NCBI RefSeq assembly: GCF_964355755.1
Contig: NC_092679.1
Span: 13,437,432-13,501,431, forward strand
DNA length: 64,000 bases
Direction: 5' to 3'
Source of the DNA: Antedon mediterranea
Lineage: Eukaryota; Animalia; Echinodermata
Below the pieces are notes generated by a model. It did no database searches and was not told the origin of the DNA. It was given only the letters and a program-made list of their open reading frames with translations. Below are positions 11,091 to 24,900 of this stretch, one piece after another. Each line of letters opens with the position of its first letter. Within the stretch, counting starts at the first letter, position 1. Both the position numbers and the translations under genes were made by a program.

Positions 11091-12263
11091 ACAACAAATT
11101 AAAAATCAGAATGTTGCATTCTTGTACTGTTTTTGTTTTTTAAAACGAATAACTACGAATGTTGGACTATTAGCTTTTTCAAAAAGAGGACACAAACATA
11201 ATTGGTAATAATGTATGGTGACCCAAGAACCAAAAAAAGGGCAATGGGATAAACAAAAACAGATTCTGCAATCGCTCCATGAGTATATTATATGAAATAT
11301 ATAAATCCAAAGCAAATTACTGACAATATTAATGACAATGCTGTGGGTATCAGTGGCCAGGCTATAAAAACAAATTCAATATAACAATAAATCCAACTAT
11401 ATAATTGTAATATAACATTTTTGGTAATTTAATTATTAGTATGAATACTATTAATACTACAGTAATACCGTTTTCTCAGGATTATTTAAGATCTGAATAA
11501 ATGAATTGAAATATTAAGTATTAATACTGAAAGTCAAGCAGTATGTTTGTGTATGCAAGACGCCTATCCGTGTAAATGTTGCGAGGACACAGCGAATTCA
11601 AGAAGCAAAATAAAAATCTTTTAGTTACGTTTGTTACCCCAGATCTGTTTCCCCACGAACGTAAAGTTGCTACATACAATATATCATAATTATAATATGA
11701 ATATAATTTAGAAAGTCCCATGTATGAGCTTCTCCAAAATCTTGACACCTTTATTTGTTGACATTAAATGTACAGTATAAGCAAATAGCAATATTAGTGC
11801 ATAATAATTGAATTTTAAAAATCTAGAATATTGTTTGCTTCGTCTATTTGGGTTTCCACCTTCCGTTCAAGCTGTTTGATTCTATCTTATCTATCTATCT
11901 AAGTAAAATTGTATTGCATCAATGGCCGATGTTATCTGTTCCGTAAGTGCGTTTTTTAGAATAGATGCAATAATTTCTAGGTCGTTCTTGCTTCGATTTA
12001 GTTTCCAACCATTGACTTAATGTCGTCCTAATTCTTTTTGAATTCTTCATTATTGGAATTTCGCGTTGGCCGTTGATTCCATTCCATTGACTGGTGAATT
12101 GTAATACCTTACGTACCGAATAAATAAATATCTGACAATGTAACATCACTTTAATATGTACATTTCCAAATTTTTTAGATTCAGTGAAGTAAGTAGACCT
12201 GGCCTTACCTTAAGTTCAGTTAGAATTGATCAGACAGAGAGCTTGTCCGTCTCATGACATCCT

Positions 12264-14320
12264 TTATTTTTTTTTTTTTATTCTTTATTAAAAACAAACC
12301 AATTGGCAGCAAATCTGCTGAATTGCATGGTAAGGGACAATATACATTCAAAAGACAAGTAAAGTAATAGTCATCATTAAACAAAATTATCGCAATTACA
12401 AAATATAATATGTAAATGTAAACATAAAGTAAAAAAAATATAGTCTTATTGCAAGGATATAGTATATACATTATTACTTAATTACAGTATAAAAATATAA
12501 TCTTAAATTTAAGTCGCAGTATTTACATTGATTTCTTAATTAAGGTTTACATCAGTCGACAATTAAATAATTACAATTATACATTTACAAAAACATTAAA
12601 TACAAAGTTAAATGAGAATTAAGAATAAATTGAGTCAAATTCAAGAAATTTCTACTAGGCTTATATGTCAAATTAATTAATATTTGGTTACATTATACAT
12701 TTATTTTCTTTTATTATTTAATCAATACTGTTGAGGCAGTGAGTGAGAAACGGGATTGCACTGTTTCCATATCTATTTGTCTTATTTTTGGAGACCTGGT
12801 ATGTATTAATTTTCCGTAAGGCCATATTATGCGTACTCATATTTCTCGGAAACCACTCAGCATATCTATACGCATTAGCACATTTCTTTGCAAATTCAAT
12901 GCATAGTTGGTAACGTCTCTCAGTCATGGTATGGAGTCCCAACTGCTTCAGTGATTCCGTGTATGATACGTAATCCGCACCAACGATAATGCGGCATGCT
13001 CTCTTTTGGATTCGCTCCAATTGGTAGGTCTGTTCCTTGATGGTTATACTGCTAGGCCAAACCGGGACAGCGTACTCACTTATTGGGCGAACATAACACG
13101 TATACACGGAGATCAAATCTTCAGTCGGGACACCAAACCGTTTGAGACGTGATAGCATGTATAGTCGTCGACTACTTTTACTAATAATATCATTAAGGTG
13201 GGACTGCCAGCCAAGGTTGGACTGGACAGTCAGGCCCAGAAGCCTGGTCTCAGACACCACCTCGAGCTCCACCCCAGCGATTTGAAGGTGAGGAGGGTTA
13301 GGCGGTTCCTTCATAAAACAAACCTGCATAACCTTGCACTTACTGGGGTTGAGCTCGAGACGGTTGTCCGTTGCCCAAGCATCCAGATCCTGAACATCCA
13401 CTCCAATCTGGCTGGGTTGATTTGCGAGACGAACTTCTACAAGGCTGAGGTCATCAACATATTTAAAGCTTTTAGCCAGAGACTCCTCAGAGGCATTATT
13501 GATAACTACCATGAAAATTATGGGGCCTAGCTTGGTGCCTTGTGGGACGCCACAGGAAAGCGTCCCCACCGTGACAAGGCAGAGTGGTATTGCACTCGTT
13601 GGCGACGAGATGTAAGGAAGTTTGTTATCCATGGCAGTAACTCGCTTCTGACACCAAGCTCGAAGAGTCTCTGAATAGCTAAAGTATGATCGATACAGTC
13701 AAACGCCTTGGAGAAGTCCGTCACAATAAGGGTGCCAACATTCTTACCCTGTCTGTACCTTTAAAAAACAAATCAAGTATTTCAATAAGACAATGGGCAG
13801 TGGATGATCCTTTTATGCCACCATATTGGTTACGATCAATTTCTTTACCTATATCTTCCATAACCCAGTTGGAAACAAATCCCTCGCATACCTTCGCAAG
13901 AATCGATGTCAAAGATATTGGTCTTAATTTAGATTGAGGCAGGGGTAGTCTTTGGGATGGGGGAAATTGTGGCATCCTTCCACATTTTAGGAACAATTCC
14001 CTCTTTTAGAGATGAGTTAAATAAGTCACAAACGGGAACACTAAACTCGCACGCAAACTCTTTAAGAAGTCTCCCAGGGAGGCCGTCGGGTCCAGCCGCT
14101 TTCTTACTTTTCAAATTTTTCAAGTTATTGTACATTTCCCACACTTCAATCTTAGGTGGAGCATTTGCAGGTAGAAAGGTAGGTAATCGTTTTAAGTTGA
14201 TTGGGGGTCTACCTTGGGTGACGGAAGCAAATTCATTACATATAGCTTCTGCTATTGCTTTGTTATCATCCGGTTGGACCCCTGGGACAGTAATAATGGC
14301 TCGCTGTTGGCATTTGTTTG
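12264..14320 (-). mobile_element. 5'-truncated, frameshifted non-LTR retrotransposon (CR1/L2 group) reverse transcriptase with A-rich tail
   Basis: Consecutive broken ORFs carry RT motifs: KKAAGPDG, WKDATISPIPK, LRPISLTSILAKVCE, QYGG..GSST, DFSKAFD, GVPQGTKLGP, YVDD, LERIQKRACRII. The 3' end at about 12264-12290 reads AATAAAGAATAAAAAAAAAAAAATAAA. Confidence 0.92.
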
Positions 14321-14794
14321 TTATTAGTTGAAAACCTTTGTGCCAGCCAGTTAACTGGATATACATGCTCATATGGCAATATAAATGTACATATTGCAAT
14401 ATCCATGTATTATAGGGATGCACATATGACAATATCAATTTGTACCAATAATTTATTTATTTATTTTTTTTCAACACTGACAAAACCGCCACAATTTAAT
14501 AATATTTATTTATTGCCTTTCAACTTTTATATACCGTTCAAAAGAAAAATATATAAAATAATAGATTTTTTTTCTGTAACAATCCATTCTTATTTCATAA
14601 ATTTTTATAAATGGAAACATTTAACAAGAGGAAGTACCGTAAACAGTTCTCTACATAGCCTACACATGTGTTTGTATAGATAATTCACACAGCAAAACTT
14701 ACACAAAATACAAAAATCATTCTTAAAATAAAATGTACTAGTTTTCGTCTTATCAAATCATAATATTATTCCAGTATCTAGTGTAACAATTAAG

Positions 14795-15212
14795 GAAACA
14801 TCTCCCTCCAATTAAAGACCGCTGTACTGCGACCCATGTTATCCACCTGTCTTTTACCATTAGCTGCTTTCTCCAATTAAAGATGACTTTTAATTAGAGA
14901 CTAAATACTATGTTTTGGGTAAACCTGACTGAACATTTCCCTTCAATTTTCCCTCCAATTAAAGACCGCTTAAAAATAAACTTTTAAATGTTTTACGGTA
15001 GAAGAACCATTAAAAATTTGAAGAAAATCAGACAAATATTGTCGTTTAAGTACTCACATATGGACAGAAAGACAGACAAACCAACATGATTACATTGCTA
15101 TTCATTTTTCCGGAGAAGGATAACCATTCCACTTTTAGTTTCGGTCTTTAGTTTCTAGAGACCACGACTAAAACCTGGGTCCTAAGTTGTCTTTAATTGG
15201 AGGGAGTATGGT
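14795..15212. mobile_element. Degenerate Tc1/pogo-like MITE
   Basis: Repeated CTCCAATTAAAGACC motifs, with the inverted complement GTCTTTAATTGGAGGGAG at about 15190-15207. Confidence 0.5.
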
Positions 15213-15688
15213 AATTAAAATTTATAATAAAAAAGTAACAGAAAACAAACATTACTGAGATTTTCAGGTTACTACTTTTTCTAAGGGCGGCACTATTATA
15301 TTGACAGCAATACTTGTACGTAACTGTAGACCTACTTTTGTACATTAGAATAATATAGGTAGGGTCTAAAAATCACAATATTGATATATCATATCATCCT
15401 TGCAATGTTCACATATACTTGCAGTATCAAATATTTTTGTGGGATTTTTAATGGTTTTTTGTCAATCGATATAAAAGATACAGTACAACTTCCACATATT
15501 GTTACTACACAACTTTTTTCTGTTTACAATATTTCTCAATCACACTCACATTCAATAAATTAAGATAAATAATTACTATCAAAATTACTTATTCATAACA
15601 AATGAAAATTATGGCAAGAAAACCTTCTATGATTAAACAAATCAACTACAATTTAATACAAACATACAGTATTTACACAAGTTATTTA

Positions 15689-15945
15689 GCCGATTCTCGG
15701 TACTGTATCTAACTAGCACAGTGTCATAAACAAATTCTGTTATACATTATCATATGTGAAGGGTGTATCATAGACCTTAACCTAACCCATAACCTAACCT
15801 TCCATGATACAGGCATCACATGTGATAATGTATCATAGACCTTAACCTAACCCATAACCAAACCTTCCATAATACAGCCATCACATTACAAAATTTGCCT
15901 TGATAAATATTGTCATATGTGGAGATACAATACTGAGAATCCGGT
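15689..15945. mobile_element. MITE with terminal inverted repeats and an internal direct repeat
   Basis: Termini CCGATTCTCGGTACTGTATCT and AGATACAATACTGAGAATCCGG. The internal sequence TGTATCATAGACCTTAACCTAACCCATAACC occurs twice. Confidence 0.6.
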
Positions 15946-16879
15946 GAATTTTTTTATAATTTAAATAGGACATGTTTTCTAAACCATAGGAAAGCAAATA
16001 ATTATAATCAACTGAAAGACTATACCTACTGTTGGTATGAAACTTAATCTATGCTGAATTCCAATTTTGTGGAAGATTTACATTATTTACAAACACTTTG
16101 TTATATTGCTATATTCTATATACTGTACATAGTTTACAAACTTGTGTATAATGATAGTGAGGTAACCATAATCAATAATAAAGTATAAATCAACCTCACA
16201 GATGTCAACTAAATTTTCAATATCTCCCCTAAAATATTGATGAATTTCATCTCAAACATAAGGTTTTTGTTGAATAATACGAACATTTTTAATATCTAAA
16301 TTTCTTAATTTACTGCCAGAAATCTCATTTTTAACTAATTTGTCTATTAATAGTAAAATTCACTTTTTAGTTCATTTGTTATTAACCTATAACAATGTTT
16401 ATTTTTAGTTTGAGTAGAGACAGTGCATTATCTAGAACTGATTGATATGGTCTACCAGATATTGTGCTAATTTTAAATCAAAATTGATTAGGGATAACTG
16501 TATACATCTCCAATAAACTTCTTGCCTGAGAAGATACGACCTGATATGATCTGAGGCATGTGTGCCCAAATATGTATTTTGATTCAGTTTTTTTAATTTT
16601 CGGATTTGATAGGAGGTATTTGAATGTGGGCAGAAGGGGGACTGAACTATATCCTATAATTGTATTCAAAGGCCTCTCATTTTTACTGTACACAAACATG
16701 ATAAGCATTAAATATCAAATCAATAAGTTTGAATCATAAAATATAAATAAATATTGCAAAAACCATTTTTAGTATGATTTATTAGTGGGTTAATCATTTA
16801 TCTATAAAAAAAATATTATACTGAAAAACAAATTAGCACCATGAACTCTTATGCCTTTCATTAATTCCTCCTAGTTTAA

Positions 16880-17213
16880 AGATGTATTGTCCCCCAAAAA
16901 CATGAAAAATAAAGATTAATAAAATTGAATACATTATTTTGTAGCTTTATTAAAGTAAATCATTTCTGTAGAAAAAAACTGGAAAAAATTTATGTTTTCA
17001 ATTATAAAATTACAAAATAAATGATTAAATTCAACCAAAAACCCATTGGCTGGCAGCCAACTATTTTTTGTTTTAAATTACATTTTTTTAGGTAAATCCT
17101 TTTTTTTTTCGATCTAATTTTTTTGTCAAAGTGGATAACTATTTTGTGACATTAAAATGGCATATTGAACAGAAACATTTTAAGAATTAATTTTTCAGGG
17201 GGACAATACATCT
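16880..17213. mobile_element. MITE with TTAA target duplication (Kolobok-like)
   Basis: TTAA|AGATGTATTGTCCCCC ... GGGGGACAATACATCT|TTAA gives perfect 16-bp TIRs. Lone right ends occur at about 7812, 19540 and 44025. Confidence 0.8.
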
Positions 17214-18506
17214 TTAACTTTTTATTATCTAAAAATATGGAACCTCTTGTTATGCTGCGACAATGTCTGAAATCGTATACATTTTAAAGGGTAATTTAGT
17301 ATGGTGACCAATTTATATATTTTCTTATGTTTATAATATTATTGTACTAATCTTTATATTTGCTAATAAACAATAGTCATTTTGAACAAAGAGGCACCCT
17401 TTAATACAAATCTAGGTATTACAGCATTATTAGCTAATCAAAGCCCATATCAAACTTGTTAATTATTTGAACCATTATTGCATAACAAAAAATTATCCCC
17501 ATATTATTATTTCATTAGTCGGATAAACAACATTGTTGTCAATAGTCATATCAAAAGTTGTGTATACAGACAACTAGACAAGTTAGCTTGTTGACCCTAT
17601 GTTGCTAGCCTAAACAAATGCTTGGTGAACACATTATGAAAGCTTTCTGTATAAAATATTCATATACATGAATGTATACATATTTTAATTTTATCATAGT
17701 ACTGGGAAATAAGCCAAACTGAATATACTGTAGGCTATTATAGGTGCGGTGTAGAATTATAGCCATGTGTACCCAAGCATAAAAACGCTGATCATGTATT
17801 TACTGGTTGATATTACGCAACAAATATCAGTGCTTAACAATATTGTAGTTTAGTGCGATATTATATAGCGTAATGTACAAGGTTTCAGGTCTAACTGTGT
17901 ACTGTAGTATTTATAATGCATATACAGACAAAATTATGATGCCAACAAATTGTATTTAAAAAAAAATGTTTCTCTAATTTCGTACAGTTTCATTAGCACC
18001 ATGTCAAGTGTGAAGACACTGTCATATTGGAAGCCGAACCAATCACAATGGAAGATTAGTGTCGCATGATCACACTATTGTTCCGCAACCATTTCAAAAT
18101 AATTCTACTTACAGTTGAACTTCTATCAAAATAATAATTTGTATGAGGATATTGTTTTGTATTTCTAAATAAATAAATACATTTTCATTAGAAATATCAT
18201 AAAAGCACAACATTCAATCAAAATTTGCTACCATATCACTTTGCATATTATACATATTTACTTTAAGTTTTTACTATTTTATTATTTGCACTGTTAAATT
18301 GTGAATTTCAAGTGCATATGAAAATAATATATTAATTTTAATTTTCATATTCTCCTTCCAAAAATGTTTGAAAGCTATATTGTAATAGCACTTATCAACT
18401 TCCAACAGTATGTAATATACAAGAAAAAATCCTTCTCAAAACTTTCTTCAAATAATATTTTAGAAATCTAAACTTATTGCCGTACACTGTTTTTAAAGCT
18501 TCATTA

Positions 18507-18774
18507 CACAGTAGAACCCCCTCAAATGGGACATTTATTCAGGGGACACCTTCATTAAGGAGACAGATCCATTAAGGTGACACCTTTATATTATAGACAC
18601 CTTCATTAAGCGATCACCTCTATTAAGGGGACACCTCTAAGGGGTCACTTCTATTAAAGAATGAGGTGTAATATATATCACACTGTATATTACCCCTCAT
18701 TAACACTATGTACAAATCCTATTAGGGTGACACTTTGTTGTTTTCTAAAATTGTTCTTGATGATTTCTACTGTG
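18507..18774. mobile_element. Tc1/mariner-pogo-type MITE in the SLC24 3' UTR region
   Basis: TA|CACAGTAGAA ... TTCTACTGTG|TA with internal ATTAAGGGGACACC-like subrepeats. Relatives occur at about 55577-55776. Confidence 0.65.
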
Positions 18775-18936
18775 TATTGATTTTATATATTTATATTCTT
18801 ACACTTTCTGATATTTCTGATAAAAATTCTTCTCAGAAAATAATTATAACTCAATATTATTCCTCTATCACAATTTTTTAATTTAGCATCAGCTTTCATA
18901 TTCCTTCTTTCAAGTTCTTAATAGTCTTCATCTACT

Positions 18937-21900
18937 TCAGTTTAAGCAGATAGGTGGGTTCACATATCCAAAGACATTGAATTCAACAAGAATGGAAAAC
19001 GTTAGAAAAACTGCGTAGAATAACAGCAATAAGATTCCAACTCGCTTGTCCAATTTCCACTTGTTGCAATAGATAGTTATAATCTGAAAAAAAAAACACA
19101 TCCTAATATAGCATATGTTCCCGATAGTGTAATTCTGTGAGATTTAAATGCTCAAATTGAGCAGATTTGGAATCCTTAGCACTAGTAAAATTCATTGCAA
19201 ATGTGGATTTGCATTCTGGAATTGGAGATAATATAGCATATCAAATCAACCATTTCTGGCTCCAAACACCCTATTGGACAAGTAGAGGATGTACTCACAG
19301 TTGCTGCAACTGATGCAAACAGCAGTAAAACTGAGTAGATTAATCCACGACTATTAATTTTAACCTGAAAACAAAATAAATAATGTGTAACTACTTTAAA
19401 AATGTAATGTAAAAACTGGCATTTCAGAAAGAAAATGGACAGCAAATCCTATGCAACAGTTGAAAAATATATTACAAATGATTATTATTATTTTTTTTAA
19501 ATTGCATATAAAAAAATGTGTTTTAAATAATTTTTTCAGGGGGAAAAAATATCTTTAATTGTAAAGGTCATTCTTTAGATGGATAAACCTCTTTATATTC
19601 TCCACACATGGCACTAGATTTTGAGTTTTTCCTGAAACTAAACTGGCTCACGTATGCTTCCAAATCTTTTACTGAAATAAGATTGAAAACTTACAAAGGA
19701 CCCATAGTCAACTAGTGTTGTTTTGAGAAACCATGGCAATGCTAATCCAAGTAGAATATCAAACACGTTGCTTCCAATACAGTTTGAAACCGCCATGTCA
19801 CCAAGTCCTGTACACAGAAACATTTTTTTATATTATATGTAACTGTCTAGTATTAAATTAAAACAATGCATGTTCAATTGATTTTTGTTATTTACAGGTG
19901 TTGAGTATAAAATATATGTTATATTAAAAAAAAAACAATTTGATATAGTGGGGTAAAAATAAGTTATGCACATTTGAAAAAAAATGTGTAAGATAGCAGT
20001 GCACCGATCAAAATCGTTGTCTTTTGAAAATATAGCTACCTTTTTTTTCTTTAAAATATACACAGGTTAATACTGTCCAAAAAAGTCAGACTTTTACGGT
20101 AGCATAATCTTCAGTTTCCAGAAAGTATTTTTTAGAATATAATTTGGCCATTTAAAACATGTCTTGTTTAACAAAAATTCTTGCTTGCTTGCTGTATGCC
20201 TACCTTGCCTTGCTACAATTAAGCTAGCCATAGCATCTGGTACACTGGTTCCTGCTGCTAAAAAGGTTATTCCCATTATAGTGTCAGGTATCTGCAGTGT
20301 GAAACCAACTAGTGCAACCATCCACACCATGATGTAGGAAAAGATTACAATCCACATAATAGACATGATGAAGGTCAGCATAAACCAACTATGGAATCTG
20401 TTATCAAAAGCACAAACATAATTTATTTATTTAATCTTTTTCAGAAATGATATTGCAGTCAAAACACAATAGAACAGGCCATATACATGGCTGTAGTCGC
20501 GTGCTCAAATTTGAGGTAGTGTTTATTTACCAACCGACTAACCGACATAGTGACCTGTAGAGTCACGACTAAAAATCTTGTGGAAACCATGCCTTTTTTT
20601 TTTAATACACTTACCGTTCCCGCCTACAATCTGGAATGGTGATGTAAAATGTAAAAGACAATGGAAAGCATAGAATCCATTTTGTAATGTTCCAACAGCC
20701 ATCTTTAAAAAAATTATTTATACAATTTATTCAGTTATCCCTCTTAAATTAAGAAATAATATATCTTGATGTTCACTAAAAATGCATTAAAATACAAGCC
20801 AGAAAATCCTGATATATTTGGCCCATAAAGGCAGAATTTTAACTGGGGAATACAATTTTAAGAAAGAAAGATCTTGCTCTTCGATCGCTTCTTACCTGGT
20901 ATACTGAATGGACTTTCTGGTCCTTCTTCCACTACTCCGGCAGTATTGTCAGTTGCTACTTCAACATCAAGGCTACAAAAAAAAAAGTAATATGTAAATT
21001 ACATATTTGTGCCAACTTGGGACATACCAGACTTAATAATATTCTAAAAGCAATCACTTTCTTTAAACTCATTATTATCCGGTTCTTTAATAGTCAATAT
21101 ATTGCTATTATTCTCAAGTTGTACGTCAATGTTTTTAAATAATAATTCAAAAATGATTAATGGTCCAAATTTAGGATTTAATTTCTGTAGTTTATTACAA
21201 ATATGTTTTCCATTAAATAATATTGGATAAATTAAACAGACCATGGATGATTTTAGCCTATTTATATGCATTTTAAAAATGTAATTCATACTAAGCTAGT
21301 ACAGTACACTCCAATATAGCCACCATGGTTATTCTTGTATCCATGTGCCTTTAATTTATAGTACTATTGCATCGAAAATATTCTATTGCACTCTAACCCT
21401 ATTCAATTGTTCAATTACAGCAGGTTCTTGTTAAAAATCTAAATATGATCCCCTTTTTAAATTTCTTAGCCTCCTGTATACCTTCAACATTGATTAACAA
21501 TGGAAGCAACAGAGTACAATTTAGGACAGTGGTGTGTTATAAAACAATTTCATAGTTCACACTATGGGTTATTGATCAAATCCAAAACACACTACAGTAC
21601 GTATTAAATACTTCTAAATACATTTGTTAGTGTGAATAGGGTACTAAATGGACAAACCTGTTGTGTGATCCATGAGACTTTTTAGACAGACTACTATAGG
21701 AAGAGTGGCTCTTGTGCATATTGCCGTTTGTTGCTGGAGTTGCTACGTATACAACGTTGTCAGGGTCTTTCTGCATGAGGTGTCTCTGTTATTAAATAAT
21801 TTACTAAATTATATTCAGACCGATGACAATTGGCTACTAACAGTGAATAAACTTTCGTCAAGGAGTTATTGGTCAAACATTTGCCCTACTCTTACGTAAT

Positions 21901-24900
21901 TGTATTGTGTATTTGGTAGGCCTACATCGAGAACGTTTTCCAATCCTCAAATTGTATCAACACAAATATCCAGCTGGTGATACCAGATATTGAACATTTT
22001 GATGCCAACTTGTTAAAATGGCGAAATCTAATAAATACCATGTTTAAGAATACAGTTTATTATAATAATATTGTCTACACAAAAAATAAAGGTCATAGGC
22101 TAAAACTGAGGTCAAAGACAATGCTATGAATTTCCTTCACACTGAAATGGGCAGTAACAATAGGAAAAACAAACAGCAGCACACCAACATACATGGAATA
22201 CCTTTTGTACCTTTCCTACTGCTAAATTCTTCCTAAAAAACCTTACCTCTGTGATTATTACCCAGCATGCTGTTCTCATTCTGGTTCTTGCTGGAAAGTG
22301 TTTGGAAAGCATGACGCGGAAGCCTGCATCGGGAAATGTTAACCTGATAAGCCGATGGAAAACCATGGTATTAGAAATACTAGGCTCTAAAGCTTTTAAC
22401 ACACGTTATTAAAACAACTAGTTTTTATAATTACTTCATTTTGTTTAACACTCAAGAATTAGGTTATGAAAAATGTATCATACTTATGAATATAAAATTC
22501 AATTATTTTATTTCATGAAGCACTAAAGGTGTGGTCTATGACTAAATCATACCCAAAAACAAAATAAAATGCTCAGATTTTTATGAAACTCAAAAATTCT
22601 ACATAATACATGCAATGACCATGCAAATGTTACTTACCTTTTTGGCGAGTTACAAATATATTCATCCACCATTATGACTGGTTCTGGGTCTGTATTTGGA
22701 TTCAGTGGTGTTACTTTAAAGATAAAAAAAAACACTTTAAAAAAAAATTGTTAAAATGTTATTTTTCTTTATATCATGTTTTTGTCCATTTTCTGTCTGT
22801 AAACAACTTTACATATGTACAATATATTTTCTGATTGTTCTTATTTACCATTTAAGGGGTCTAAAAATTAAAATTAATTTGATGTGGTACAAGAAACTGG
22901 TGTTTCAGTAGCAAAAAATATAAAAGTATATGAGATCCACTTATTTTGAGCTCATATTTGCATTATTTGGTGAGAATCGACCTTAGATATCAATTTACTG
23001 TATAGCTTTATATCTTAAAGCAGAATGTATATAGAATGGTTTTTATATAATAATAATAAAATCATAAATTTTGTTATAATAATATATGTTCTCTTGTTGA
23101 TATGCTCAACACGCTCCAACACAGGCGTAGTTGTACGTGACTATAGTGGGTATGAGTTCAAACTGGCGTATCTGATGAATCATGAATCATTTTTTGAGCT
23201 GTGATTATATGTAAATTTGAGTTTTGTAACTCGTTAAGCTTGTTTCTTTTATAGTTTCATACTTAATATAACAAACATGTCACTAATAATTAGTAAATTA
23301 TGTGCTTTGAAAGCGCAATCTAGAACTCTCATTTCAAAGAATATCTGAACGTGTTTTCTCAATTTTGAGTATTGTAACTCGTTAAGCTTGTATCTTGTAT
23401 ATTTTCGTACTTAATAACAAAAATGTCATTGATTATGATTAAATTATGTGTTTCGAAAGCGTAATTCAGTACTCGCATTTCAAAGAATATCTGATACGTG
23501 TTTTCTCAATGTTATACTACAGTATATGGATTCGCACGTAAAAATAATCACAAGGGAGGTCTCTTTGTACAAACATTTGTGACTGGCACTAAATGTCAAT
23601 CAGTGTAGTCAGTGCGCTTGACATATACACATTCCAATGTTGATTGTATGCTATACGCAAACATACCTTGTTCTAATTCTACGTCCGTTTTTGCTGCTTC
23701 ATTTTTGGCTTTTGCCGCTTTCTTTAATCTGTGCTTTTCTGATCTTCTTTCTATCTTGCTGTATAATTTGGGATTTAACCTAAAAAAAACAAACAATTTG
23801 TTTATAGGCAACAGATAAGTCCACGTTCTTAACATACTATAATTTTAGTAAGCTCTACCAGTAGTAAATGGAACAATGAAGAAACAAACACCAATGGACA
23901 ATTTTTCATATATATTTTTCTGTAATCAATACATAAACTATCAATGTAGATTTTTGTAAAAATAAATTATTAAATCAAATCATGCAAGATTTTTCAATTC
24001 ATTTACTCATACTCAGAAACATGTTCAGAACAGCTTTGGGGTTTTCCCATAAATTTGAATATTATTACATTATCATCATTATCAACATTTACGTAATAAT
24101 GTATGTCTGTAATTGGTCCACATTTTCATAGTATTACAGACGGTCAGTACAAACAGTATTGTAGAATTTACATGAGTAACTTTCTTTGATTTATCATCGC
24201 GTGTGAAGGAATATTACCTGCAACGTGATAAATATGAATATATAATTAATTTTGAAACGATGCCAGGAATATTATTTTAATTGCAATTTATATATTCAGT
24301 ATAACAAGAAATGGCTTATAAACTGTTTAGTTTCATCATTAAGGAGTTTTGTTGCAATAATCTACTCGTTTTGTTCCCACTACATTTTTTGAACTTCACA
24401 TTTATTAAAAAATAATTCATTTTCTACCTAATTAGAAATATGTTGTTGTTTCCCCCAAATTTACCATAGTTTTGTTAAAATTTTTCCAAGGGAGTAAACG
24501 ATATTACAGTTATATAATCTCAATCATGTTGTTTTTAACCTTGAGAAAAGCAAGGAGAGTCAAGTATATGTGCCTCCTAAATTATGAAGTGTCTTTAAGT
24601 GTTATTTATTGAGGGATAAAGTGATACTACTATTAGTATTAAGATTAACATTCACACACAAATCTCAAGTGGAATTTGAAGTGAATTAAAATTTTCCATA
24701 AATTGTTATCATTATTTTTTAGGTGGTTCTTTTAAAATATTTGTGATCATAATATTTGTTGGCCTTAATTGTTTGCAATAAAACTAATTATTCAATAAAA
24801 TTCAAAGTAAAAGGACAGATTTTATTCTTCAAAATATATCAAAAGATGAAATATAAATAGTAAAAGAAGGTGATAAGGCTAAATACGACAGTATGCCTCC

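Noticed and set aside
11919-12149. 76-aa ORF in a slightly coding-like region next to the LINE tail
   Set aside because: No recognisable motif and no supported exon boundaries. It may be decayed transposon sequence.
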